Assembly (NCBI GenBank): GCA_963665095.1
Contig: OY762069.1
Coordinates: forward strand, 416,001 to 480,000
DNA from: an uncultured Desulfobacter sp.
Lineage (GTDB): Bacteria; Desulfobacterota; Desulfobacteria; Desulfobacterales; Desulfobacteraceae
Reading direction: 5' to 3'
Length of the DNA: 64,000 bases
Shown here: piece by piece, positions 1 through 8,642 of the stretch
Numbering within the stretch: position 1 is the first letter of the stretch
Layout of the letters: every line of letters begins with the position of its first letter
Position numbers and translations under genes: made by a program
The notes under the pieces: generated by a model
Database searches by the model: none
What the model was told of the DNA's origin: nothing
Seen by the model: only the letters and a program-made list of their open reading frames with translations

Positions 1-280
1 CGGCTTTGGCCATAATCTCGGCCATCAGCGAATTTAAGTCGGCACCTCTGGCTAACAGATGGCCGTGGCTGCGGTGATTGCTGATGATGATGTCCTCCGG
101 TTCAAGGGCGGACACGACACCCGTGGCCACCGCTTCCTGTCCGTTGGCCAAAATCTGCATGCCCGGCAGCCGGTATGGTTCCCGGCTGAGGGCCACGATT
201 TTATCCTCGAACTTCCGGATCAAAACCATGCTCGTGAAAAGGCCGACTTGAAAGTCTGCAGTTATTTGTTTTTCTTTCAT
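1..280 (-). CDS. ThDP-dependent 2-oxoacid/acetoin dehydrogenase E1 alpha subunit, 5' part (runs off window)
   Basis: Not in the ORF track. Hand translation from ATG at 280 (AAGGAG RBS): MKEKQITADFQVGLFTSMVLIRKFEDK...GQEAVATGVVSALEPEDIIISNHRSHGHLLARG. It has the E1-alpha motifs MxxIRxFE, GQEA and HRxHGH. Confidence 0.85.
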   Translation of the reverse strand, partial: MKEKQITADFQVGLFTSMVLIRKFEDKIVALSREPYRLPGMQILANGQEAVATGVVSALEPEDIIISNHRSHGHLLARGADLNSLMAEIMAKA

Positions 281-299
281 GGGGCTTTCTCCTTAAACA

Positions 300-462
300 C
301 TATTGGGTTGTTACCTGGGCAAGCGATTTGATGCTTTTTACGGGAGACGTGCCAAAGAGGCGGCGGTATTCCCGGCTGAACTGGGACGGGCTTTCATACC
401 CCACTTCAAAGGACGCTGTCGCTGCATCCAGATTTTTTGTAAGCATGAGTATTCTGGCCTCT
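300..462 (-). pseudogene. AraC-family regulator C-terminal HTH remnant
   Basis: Hand translation [40 protein letters not shown]...* matches the AraC/YqhC-type second HTH; no N-terminal domain in frame. Confidence 0.8.
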
Positions 463-564
463 GTTGATCCGTAAGGCCATTCAGCCTGCCCCTTTCCCGT
501 GCAGAGCTTGCATCTTTAAAACGTGATGGAGAACTTCACCGGGCGACAAAGAGAGCTTCCCGTG

Positions 565-1035
565 TCAACCCTTGGGGTCTTGTTTTTTCCCGTGTACCAG
601 AAAGGCCTTTTTCAGGGCATCCTGGTAAAAGGCCATCAGGGTGGCAGAGGATACACCGATCATGAGGACACCGTTCATGGCTTCCAGGGGACCAAGCAGC
701 CGGTGGCGCGCAGACATGACAATATCTCCGTAGCCCAGTGTGGTGAAATTGACTGCAGAATGATAGACAGCATCCTTGAACACGGTGAACTCTTTGAGAA
801 CGTAAAACAGCAGCGCCCAGATAACCACCTGGGCGATATTGCCGATAACCAGAATCAGCATCACCCCGTTGATCACGCCCATGGTCGGCCAGAATGAGGC
901 CTGCCGGATCCGGGGTTGATGGTGGCGATAAAACCGGAACGCCGCTATGACCAGAAGGGATTGCAGCAGCAGGCATACGCCCATAACCGGCAGTCCGCAC
1001 AGCAGATTTTTCAGCATAAAATTCTCATATATCAT
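565..1035 (-). CDS. Potassium channel family (Ion_trans_2) membrane protein
   Basis: Pore helix and filter YHSAVNFTTLGYGDI, flanked by hydrophobic helices; AAGGA RBS before ATG at 1035. Confidence 0.85.
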   Translation of the reverse strand: MIYENFMLKNLLCGLPVMGVCLLLQSLLVIAAFRFYRHHQPRIRQASFWPTMGVINGVMLILVIGNIAQVVIWALLFYVLKEFTVFKDAVYHSAVNFTTLGYGDIVMSARHRLLGPLEAMNGVLMIGVSSATLMAFYQDALKKAFLVHGKKQDPKG

Positions 1036-1214
1036 TCTTTTCCTTTTCAGGGCGGTGTTTTTTAAGACTGCCGCCATAAACGAAAAAGAGTTAAAAAATA
1101 TCCGGGAGAATCAGGCAATAAAACAGCAGAAAAAGGCATTCAAAAATATTTTCCACGTTACTATTATGCTGTTGCATGAACAAAAAAACAACCTCTTAAA
1201 AAAGGGCGTGTCAA

Positions 1215-1904
1215 ATGAAAAGAAGTGTACTGGTGACAGGCGCCAATCTCGGCATCGGCCTGGCTGCGGCGCGCAGGCTTGCAGAACTTGGAAATGCCGT
1301 TATGATCGGCTCTCGTAATGGTGAAGATGGCGAACAGACAGCGCGTTCACTTTGCCGCCTTGATCTGGATGTATCCTTTGTCCAGATGGATCTCAATGAT
1401 CCCGGCTCCATTGACAGGGCGGTGAATACCCTGGCCGCCGGCGGTTTCAGGGTGGATGTTCTGGTGAACAATGCCGGGGTATTGTACCAGGCCCCTTTGC
1501 TGGCACTCACGGACAAACAGATTGAGGATTCAATTGCCACACACCTTGCCGGGCCGATCCGGCTCATTCGGGCACTGGTTCCGGAGATGATCAAACAGGG
1601 GTATGGAAGGATTGTAAATGTGTCATCCAACTGGGGATCCTTTGCACAGGGCATGGGCGGTCCCGGTGCTTATGGCGTGACCAAGGCGGCACTCAATGCG
1701 CTGACCCTCAGGCTTTCCAGAGAGCTGCCTGCCGTGGTGAAGGTAAATGCCGTGGACCCCGGGTGGGTCCGGTCACGCATGGGCGGCACAAGCGCCGAAA
1801 GGTCCGTGGAGAAAGGAGCTCAAACAGCTGTATGGCTTGCAACGCTGCCGGAAGACGGGCCCAGCGGCGGCTTTTTTAAGGATAAAAAACGGGTTGAATG
1901 GTAA
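1215..1904 (+). CDS. Short-chain dehydrogenase/reductase (carbonyl reductase-like)
   Basis: [12 protein letters not shown], catalytic YGVTK, VDPGWV motifs. Confidence 0.93.
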   Translation: MKRSVLVTGANLGIGLAAARRLAELGNAVMIGSRNGEDGEQTARSLCRLDLDVSFVQMDLNDPGSIDRAVNTLAAGGFRVDVLVNNAGVLYQAPLLALTDKQIEDSIATHLAGPIRLIRALVPEMIKQGYGRIVNVSSNWGSFAQGMGGPGAYGVTKAALNALTLRLSRELPAVVKVNAVDPGWVRSRMGGTSAERSVEKGAQTAVWLATLPEDGPSGGFFKDKKRVEW

Positions 1905-2095
1905 TCACCCGGACATGGTGCCAAACGGTATCAAAACTGCTGTGTTCAAGTCTGGACCGGAACCACTGGTCTGCTGCCGGTATTCCTGTAATTCTTCATT
2001 GATAATGGCCTCTCAATGAAAAAATATTGTCCGGATCTTTTTTCAAAGCTGGAGACGCAGATGGCACCCAGTTTCCCTGCCTTGTAAGCCTCTTC

Positions 2096-2248
2096 CAGCG
2101 CCTGATGCTCACACAGCGCCTGGATGCCCTGAGCGCCGCATACGAAGTGGGCTATGAAAGCCCCTCACAGTTCAGCAGTGAATACAGACGGCTGTCCGGG
2201 GCGCCGTCCCTGCGGGATATCAATCGCTTAGGACTACAGATGAAATAA
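2096..2248 (+). pseudogene. Second AraC-family C-terminal HTH remnant
   Basis: [37 protein letters not shown]; only the last ~50 aa resemble AraC. Confidence 0.8.
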
Positions 2249-2374
2249 GTTGATCAAAATTGCGCCGAGCTTTGGCTCATATACAAGGCGCATGAAAGGT
2301 CTAATAGCAGGCCTATTCGGCCTTTTATGCAACGCCGTAGATGAGCCAAAGGGCAAGTAATTTTGGTCAAGTTA
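2246..2374. repeat. ERIC-like ~129-bp palindromic element (MITE-like), TA-bounded
   Basis: Terminal IR TAAGTTGATCAAAATT / AATTTTGGTCAAGTTA; inner arms CTTTGGCTCAT / ATGAGCCAAAG; CAAGGCG...CAACGCCG core. Confidence 0.75.
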
Positions 2375-2408
2375 TAAAATTTGCAGTCCTTACGTGAGGT
2401 AACTTCAG

Positions 2409-3422
2409 TTAGTTGACGATATCGCCGGGATAGATATCCTCGGTGGAAGAGATTACCATGACAGTGGATATGTCTTCTTCGGTATGAAGAACAATGAGCC
2501 TGCCCAATGTTATAGGGGCGATGGGAAGATCTGTTTTGGGATCATAAACCGATCCGGTTTTATAAGGCCTTTTAATGGTGTAAATATTTCCAGGTTTAAT
2601 ACTGTCCTGGGAGCCCTTATTGATGAAGGCAATGCGATGGTCATTCAGAAAAATATTGTTATCCTCTGATCCTATAAGTGTGGCATCCACCGGGGCAGGG
2701 TACTCATCCACCAGCAGTGTGGTCGGCCGGGTGTAGTAATCCATGACCAGATTGCCGGCTTCAACGGCATTAAATGCGTTATCTATCCGGCCCACTGCAT
2801 AGTCTGAGTGGATCTGAATAATTTCTACGTCTGCCTTGATCAGATGAAGGTACCCTTTGACTTTGGACTTTACTTTGGATGTGGTGAAAATCTGGTATTT
2901 CCGGCCGGGAACCAGCGGTGTTCTGCCTGTAGGCTCGATATAAATAATGTCATTGGCAGACATCATAATATTTCCCTGCCTTTCGCCTACCACGGTTCCT
3001 AAGGCCGGCACCGGCTCTTTTTTGATGAAACCGATTTTATGAATATTGGGGCAGTTGAATTTTGTTTCCACCACAATTTTTTCCGGCTTTCGGGGTTGTT
3101 CCGGTTGCTCTGGAGGCGGTGGCTGCGTTTGATATTCAGGTTTGAGATACACCCGGATGGTATTTCCCGGATAGATCCAGTGAGGGTTTTTAATATCCTG
3201 GTTCATTTCCCACAGGCCTGGCCAGTCCCATTGAGAATTATAGAATTTCTTAGAAAGCCCCCAGAGGGTATCCCCTTTTTTAATAGTGTAGTAAAAGCCT
3301 GTATCCTGGTCTGTGTTAAATGTCTCCGGTGCTTCCTGACCCATAAGCGGGGCTGTGTTGAAAAAAATGAGGAAAAAAAGCACGGGTATTAGCGATAAAA
3401 CGAACCTTCGGTGAATTGGCAT
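2409..3422 (-). CDS. LysM peptidoglycan-binding secreted protein
   Basis: Signal peptide; [13 protein letters not shown]...WPGLWEMN...[11 protein letters not shown]ysM motif; Pro-rich linker. Confidence 0.9.
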   Translation of the reverse strand: MPIHRRFVLSLIPVLFFLIFFNTAPLMGQEAPETFNTDQDTGFYYTIKKGDTLWGLSKKFYNSQWDWPGLWEMNQDIKNPHWIYPGNTIRVYLKPEYQTQPPPPEQPEQPRKPEKIVVETKFNCPNIHKIGFIKKEPVPALGTVVGERQGNIMMSANDIIYIEPTGRTPLVPGRKYQIFTTSKVKSKVKGYLHLIKADVEIIQIHSDYAVGRIDNAFNAVEAGNLVMDYYTRPTTLLVDEYPAPVDATLIGSEDNNIFLNDHRIAFINKGSQDSIKPGNIYTIKRPYKTGSVYDPKTDLPIAPITLGRLIVLHTEEDISTVMVISSTEDIYPGDIVN

Positions 3423-3527
3423 GGGGCCTCCAATGGTATTGATCTGTGTATATCTTGACTTTATTTAAGCTACTGTTCTATAAAAAGTCAAGATTTGTTG
3501 CGTAAATCAAGAGAATTTGGATACGAA

Positions 3528-4079
3528 ATGACACGGATTGCCGACCTTTTATTTGAAGCCCGGATGCTTAAAGACCTGAACCGGACCGGTTACGCATTTT
3601 TAGGGGCAGGGCAGGAGAGTATTGCCGAACATAGTTTTACTACCGCTTTTTTATGTTTTGTCATGGCCCGGCTTGAACCGGATGTGAATGCTGAGAAACT
3701 GATATCCATGGCGTTGGTGCATGATACCGCCGAAGCCCGCACCGGGGATTTAAATTATGTGCATAAACATTACAATACCGTTGATGAGCCCCATGCTGTG
3801 TCAGATTTGATTCAGGGACTTGACTGGGCCGGTGATATCCCTGAACTCATTGAGGAGTTCAACAGGGGGGAGACAAAAGAGGCCTGCCTGGCCAACGACG
3901 CTGACCAGTTGTCCTTTATCCTTGAGCTTAAGAAGTTAAAGGATCTTGGGGCCACATCGCCGGAATCCTGGCTGCCCTTTGTACTGGACCGTCTGAAAAC
4001 CGACACCGGCAGACAGCTTGCCAAAGATATACTTGCCACCCGGTGGGATGAATGGTGGACCCGTGGGTACTCGGAGTAA
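3528..4079 (+). CDS. HD-domain hydrolase (YfbR/HDDC2-like)
   Basis: RTGY, ESIAEHS, VHDTAEARTGD and DADQL motifs; ATG at 3528 preferred as start. Confidence 0.88.
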   Translation: MTRIADLLFEARMLKDLNRTGYAFLGAGQESIAEHSFTTAFLCFVMARLEPDVNAEKLISMALVHDTAEARTGDLNYVHKHYNTVDEPHAVSDLIQGLDWAGDIPELIEEFNRGETKEACLANDADQLSFILELKKLKDLGATSPESWLPFVLDRLKTDTGRQLAKDILATRWDEWWTRGYSE

Positions 4080-4104
4080 ACAACATAAATAAACTGGCTG
4101 ACCT

Positions 4105-5472
4105 ATGGCATCTCGTCTTTCCATTTTATATGTCGGATCCCGTTCACAGGAAGCGTTTCTTCCGGATGGCACCGGGGAGATTCTTTCCTGTGCAGAAACA
4201 CCACAACGTGCTGCTGCTTTGAAACAGCGACCGGATATTGTGCTCATGGATCCCTTTGAGGACGGCGAAGTCGTCTCCACTGACAAAGCCCGCTCATGGT
4301 TTGATGCGTTTGCTTCCCATACCTTTAAATATGCGCCGGCCATTTTTGTTATGGTGCCCCGGGAAACTGAAAAAAAAATCCGGATGGATCTTATGGCTTC
4401 CGGAGCGGATCAGGTGGTTGACCAGCTTTTATGTCTGGATGAGATTTACCTTAACGCCAGAGTTTTTCAGGAAAAGATTTATCTTGAGCAGGCCCTTTCC
4501 TCGAAAAATACGTCTCTTGAAAAATCGTTTGGGTATCTGGACCGGTTCAAAGGCGAATTAAAAGTAGTAAAAGAGGAACTTTTTGAAGATAAGCGTAGTC
4601 TGAATACAGCCTTAAAGCAGATTCAGCAGATGGCCGAAGAACGGAAGCGCCTGAAAGAAGGCTTGGGCAAGGCAAAAAAACAGCTGACTTCAGACATGGA
4701 AGGATTTGCCAGTATTCTTTATACGTTGATCCGCCAGCGGGTGGAAAAAAATCGCGGCCATGGGGAACGGGTGGCAGCCATTGCCCGTTTCATCGCCAAA
4801 CAGATGGGCTTGTCTCAAAATAAGTTGGAGGATCTTTCAAAAGCTGGTATGCTTCATGAAACCGGGCTTCTTTTCCTTTCAGAAGAACAATTGTCAGAAA
4901 GCGTTGGCAGTGGAATAGGCGAGGGTATTTCGTCCTCCAGTATTCCTGCTGCATATGATCAGACGCTTATGGTCCAATTTCCCGTTAAAGGCGCTGAACT
5001 GTTAGAAAAATGCCAGGGCTTTGAGGGACCGGCTGCCATTATTCGGAGCCTGAACGAAAATTGTGACGGCACAGGATATCCGGACGGACTCAAGCGCCAT
5101 CATATTCCCTTGGAATCACGGATTCTGGCCGGAGCTGATGAACTCGAATCCTTGAGAGAGAAAAACAGGTCCAATGATATTCGGGATCTGCTTTCAGGGC
5201 TTGAGCCCTTAAGCGGGAGCCGTATTGATCCGATAATTTCAGGATGGCTTGAGAAGTATGTTGTACTTCATTTAAGTGGTGAAACGTTGAAAGTGCGGGG
5301 CGTAGGGATAGAATCGCTCACCCCTGGAATGGAACTGGGTGCGACATTATTTACAAAAACCGGCACCAAGCTGTTTTCCGCCAATACGGTTCTGACCCGC
5401 CAGGCCATTGATAAAATCATCCAATACCACAGGGCATATCCTGTGGATGAAACTGTTTATGTAAAGGTGTAG
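4105..5472 (+). CDS. Degenerate receiver + coiled coil + degenerate HD-GYP domain protein
   Basis: PDIVLMD...GAD receiver remnant, then a coiled coil, then HGERV, LHETG, DGTGYPDGL, SRILAGAD. Confidence 0.8.
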   Translation: MASRLSILYVGSRSQEAFLPDGTGEILSCAETPQRAAALKQRPDIVLMDPFEDGEVVSTDKARSWFDAFASHTFKYAPAIFVMVPRETEKKIRMDLMASGADQVVDQLLCLDEIYLNARVFQEKIYLEQALSSKNTSLEKSFGYLDRFKGELKVVKEELFEDKRSLNTALKQIQQMAEERKRLKEGLGKAKKQLTSDMEGFASILYTLIRQRVEKNRGHGERVAAIARFIAKQMGLSQNKLEDLSKAGMLHETGLLFLSEEQLSESVGSGIGEGISSSSIPAAYDQTLMVQFPVKGAELLEKCQGFEGPAAIIRSLNENCDGTGYPDGLKRHHIPLESRILAGADELESLREKNRSNDIRDLLSGLEPLSGSRIDPIISGWLEKYVVLHLSGETLKVRGVGIESLTPGMELGATLFTKTGTKLFSANTVLTRQAIDKIIQYHRAYPVDETVYVKV

Positions 5473-5477
5473 CGTAT

Positions 5478-6236
5478 ATGGACATTTCTTCGGTCATCGG
5501 GGTTGTTTCCGGGATAGGGTTTGTGCTGGGTACCATTCTCATGGGGGGCAGCATCATGATGTTTGTCAATATGCCCTCCCTTCTCATTGTTGTGGGAGGT
5601 ACGGTTGCAGCTGTCATGATTGGCTATCCCTTGGGCGATGTATTAGGTATTTTTAAAATATCCATCAAGGTGTTCATGTTTAAGATTGAAAAAGCGGAAG
5701 ATATCATTGCCAATTTAACGGAGATTTCCAATAAAGCCAGAAAAGGCGGTCTTCTGTCTATTGAGGGGGATATACAGAGTACCCCAGATCCCTATCTTGC
5801 CTCAGCCCTGCAGATGACCGTGGACGGTGTCAAGACCGAAGATATTGCCCAGATCATGCAGAAAAAGATGGATCTGACCAAGAAAAATCTGGATGTCGGC
5901 GCCAATGTGCTGGCCAGTATGGCGGCATATGCACCGGCCTTTGGTATGATCGGCACCCTGATCGGTCTTGTGCAGATGCTGGCCAACCTGGATGATCCTT
6001 CCACCATCGGTCCTAAAATGGCGGTGGCCATGATTACCACCTTTTACGGGGCCGTGATGGCCAACCTGTTTTTTATTCCCATGAGCGATAAGCTCAATGG
6101 CCGCACCGAAGCAGAGATTACAAACATGAATATTATATATGAAGGAATATTATCCATCCGGGAGGGAGAACATCCCAAACTCATGGAGGATAAACTTAAA
6201 GTCTATCTGGCTGATTCAGGCAAGGAAGAAAAATAG
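5478..6236 (+). CDS. motA: Flagellar stator protein MotA/PomA
   Basis: ARKGGLLSIE, APAFGMIGTLIGLV, AMITTFYG; 252 aa. Confidence 0.93.
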   Translation: MDISSVIGVVSGIGFVLGTILMGGSIMMFVNMPSLLIVVGGTVAAVMIGYPLGDVLGIFKISIKVFMFKIEKAEDIIANLTEISNKARKGGLLSIEGDIQSTPDPYLASALQMTVDGVKTEDIAQIMQKKMDLTKKNLDVGANVLASMAAYAPAFGMIGTLIGLVQMLANLDDPSTIGPKMAVAMITTFYGAVMANLFFIPMSDKLNGRTEAEITNMNIIYEGILSIREGEHPKLMEDKLKVYLADSGKEEK

Positions 6237-6267
6237 GTAATACCTACTTAACAAGAGGACCCAAGGC

Positions 6268-7077
6268 ATGGCTGAAAACGGCGAAGACTCAGGCGGCGGA
6301 AAACAGCAGGTCGTCAAAGAAGAGGTTATCAATGTCACGGAAGGGGCACCGGCATGGATGGCAACCTTTGCAGATCTTGTGACGCTTTTGATGTGCTTTT
6401 TCGTCCTCCTGTTCGCCATGAGTACTACCCAGCAGGAAACATATAAGGAGATGGTCCAGTCCCTCAGGAGTGCTTTAGGCGCCCAGTCCGTACCTGAGTC
6501 CGGCACCCGGGAAGGGTTGACCATGCATCCGGTACCATCGGAAAAACCATCGGAAAGCCAGGCCATTGACGAGCTGGGCGGAATGATTGAAAAGGAGATG
6601 GACGATATTGTCTCTGAGGTGCGGGAACTGGTTCTTTTCAATAAACTGGGCGGGGAGGTCAGTGTCACCAAAACAGAAGCTGGCGTTGTCATCACCATGT
6701 CCGACCTTCTGCTGTTTGCCGAAGGGGGCACCAGACTGTCTCCCAAGGGTATGGAGATACTTGAAAAGGTGGCGGCCGTCCTGTCGAAACTTGCCTACCA
6801 TGTCAAGGTTAAAGGGCATACGGATTCTGACCCCATTTCCTCTTCGTTATATCCCTCCAACTGGGAACTGTCATCTGCCAGGGCCTCTACCGTGGTGCGC
6901 CTGCTGGTGAAAAACGGGGTGCCGCCATTCTATATCTCTGCCGAGGGCTATGCCCAGTATCACCCGGTGGCAACCAATGACACGGCCCAGGGACGGGCCA
7001 GGAACCGGCGGGTAGAGATTGTTTATGAGCGGGACAGTATAGCCAGACAGTTTGCCGACATGGCAAACAAAAAATAG
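6268..7077 (+). CDS. motB: Flagellar stator protein MotB/PomB
   Basis: WMATFADLVTLLMCFFVLL transmembrane helix; OmpA-like GHTD...NWELSSARA...NRRVEI. Confidence 0.93.
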   Translation: MAENGEDSGGGKQQVVKEEVINVTEGAPAWMATFADLVTLLMCFFVLLFAMSTTQQETYKEMVQSLRSALGAQSVPESGTREGLTMHPVPSEKPSESQAIDELGGMIEKEMDDIVSEVRELVLFNKLGGEVSVTKTEAGVVITMSDLLLFAEGGTRLSPKGMEILEKVAAVLSKLAYHVKVKGHTDSDPISSSLYPSNWELSSARASTVVRLLVKNGVPPFYISAEGYAQYHPVATNDTAQGRARNRRVEIVYERDSIARQFADMANKK

Positions 7078-7206
7078 GAAAAACGCGTTTTTTTGTTCGT
7101 GTTCGGCGTTGGATGACAATTTTAATTCTCGGAATACTTAATGTATGCCTGTTGTTAAAATTATCATCCGCCTTGAACACGAACAAAATACCGCGTTTTT
7201 CTCCTA
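7075..7206. repeat. ERIC-like ~132-bp palindromic element, TA-bounded, starting in the motB stop codon
   Basis: Long imperfect IR: TAGGAAAAACGCG..TTTTGTTCGTGTTC / GAACACGAACAAAA..CGCGTTTTTCTCCTA; CAAGGCG...CAACGCCG core on the minus strand. Confidence 0.75.
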
Positions 7207-7230
7207 AAGCCCTGGAAAATTTTTAAATAG

Positions 7231-7268
7231 ATTATTGCAGTAAAATTATTGCAGTAAAATTATTGCAA
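7231..7268. repeat. 14-bp tandem repeat (ATTATTGCAGTAAA) x~2.7
   Basis: Read directly from the sequence. Confidence 0.9.
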
Positions 7269-7278
7269 TTGATCGTTA

Positions 7279-7704
7279 TTAACGGTTAAACGCCTGGTCC
7301 AGCTTCTCTTTTTCCATGGCAGCAATGCGGGAAATGTCTTTATGGGGGATGCCCTTTTTTATGCCAGGGCAGGAGTTGGCCATGATGTCCCAGTTCTCAG
7401 GATGATGGATCAACGCCTTGATAAACGGCCAGGCCCGGCACATATAGGGTTTGACCGGATGGATGGTGCATTGCTTTTCAGTGTCAAAGAAGATGCAGCA
7501 CCCGTCAGTCCCCAGGGTGAGTACCGGCCGTGAGCCGGACATGTCGCAGTATTCCTTAATAAATGTATCTGGATCTGCTTTAATATAATCACAGATTTTC
7601 CTGATATCTTCGGCATCCACATAGGTGCCCCCAAACCCTTTACAGCACTGGCCGCAAAGCGTGCAGTCAAACATGTCGGCTGCCGTGAGTGTGTCAGACC
7701 CCAT
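7279..7704 (-). CDS. YkgJ-family CxxCxxCC cysteine-cluster protein
   Basis: FDCTLCGQCC...CIFF...CTIHPVKPYMCRAWPF. Confidence 0.88.
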   Translation of the reverse strand: MGSDTLTAADMFDCTLCGQCCKGFGGTYVDAEDIRKICDYIKADPDTFIKEYCDMSGSRPVLTLGTDGCCIFFDTEKQCTIHPVKPYMCRAWPFIKALIHHPENWDIMANSCPGIKKGIPHKDISRIAAMEKEKLDQAFNR

Positions 7705-8293
7705 ATCGTTTTTCCATGGCCTTTTGCATGGTCAAAGGATCCACGTACTGCAGATCCCCGCCCATGGGTATACCCGATGCAATCCGGGTGATGGTTATCC
7801 GGGTATGTTCCAGTTTTTTACGGATATAAGCGGCTGTGGCCTCACCTTCCACATTGGTGCGGGTGGCCAGAATGATCTCTTTTACATCCGGTTTTTTTGC
7901 CCGTATGAACAGTTCGGAAAGCCGGATATCATCCGGTCCGATGCCGTCAATGGGAGACAAAGCCCCGCCAAGAATGTGATACACCCCTGAAAACCCTGCG
8001 GATTTTTCTATGGCTGCCATATCTGTGGGGCTCTCCACCACGCAGATCACGCTTTTGTCCCGGGCAGGGTTTGCACAGATCCAGCAGGTATCCCTGTCTG
8101 TAAGCGCAAAACAGGCGGTGCATAACCGGACGCTTTTTTTGACTTCCAGGATATCTGCAGCAAGTGCGGCTGCTTCATGGGCCGGCGCGTGCAGAATGTG
8201 AAGCGCCAGCCGTTCTGCGGTTTTTTTGCCGATTCCCGGCAGGGTGGACAGGGAATGGATCAGCTTGATAATGGCTTCAGGATAGTGATTCAC
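7694..8293 (-). CDS. recR: Recombination mediator RecR
   Basis: LPGIGKKTAERLA, C4 zinc finger, Toprim GGALSPIDGIGP and EGEATA. Confidence 0.97.
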   Translation of the reverse strand: MNHYPEAIIKLIHSLSTLPGIGKKTAERLALHILHAPAHEAAALAADILEVKKSVRLCTACFALTDRDTCWICANPARDKSVICVVESPTDMAAIEKSAGFSGVYHILGGALSPIDGIGPDDIRLSELFIRAKKPDVKEIILATRTNVEGEATAAYIRKKLEHTRITITRIASGIPMGGDLQYVDPLTMQKAMEKRYGV

Positions 8294-8312
8294 GTCAGAC
8301 AGCTAAATGAAA

Positions 8313-8621
8313 TTACAGGCCAGGAATGTTCAATCCGCCGGTCAGTTTCCCCATTTCATCGGAAACCATTTTCTGGGCACGGCTCAGGGCATCGTTTACC
8401 GCAGCAAGAATCAGATCCTGGAGCATTTCAAGATCGTCAGGATCCACCACTTCTTTTTCAAGAATAATGGATTCAATTTTTTGTCCGCCATTGGCAACCA
8501 CCTTGACCATGCCGCCGCCTGCGGTGGCCTCAACGGTTTTGACGGCCAGTTCCTCCTGGGCTTTGAGCATTTTTTTTTGCAGTTTCTGGGCCTGTTTCAT
8601 CATGTTGTTCATATTTCTCAT
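8313..8621 (-). CDS. ybaB: YbaB/EbfC nucleoid-associated protein
   Basis: MMKQAQKLQ...GGGMVKV...[16 protein letters not shown]; lies between dnaX and recR. Confidence 0.95.
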   Translation of the reverse strand: MRNMNNMMKQAQKLQKKMLKAQEELAVKTVEATAGGGMVKVVANGGQKIESIILEKEVVDPDDLEMLQDLILAAVNDALSRAQKMVSDEMGKLTGGLNIPGL

Positions 8622-8642
8622 GGGGATTTCTCCTTATGGGTG

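Noticed and set aside
338..356. Sigma54 promoter for the E1-alpha gene (TGGCAC on the minus strand)
   Set aside because: No TTGC at the -12 position, and it lies inside the AraC remnant.
5478..7077. Zorya anti-phage system (ZorAB are MotAB homologues)
   Set aside because: The A subunit is only 252 aa with no long helical tail, the motifs are canonical stator motifs, and no ZorC/D/E-like genes are nearby.
7231..7268. CRISPR array
   Set aside because: Head-to-tail repeats without spacers; no cas genes in the window.
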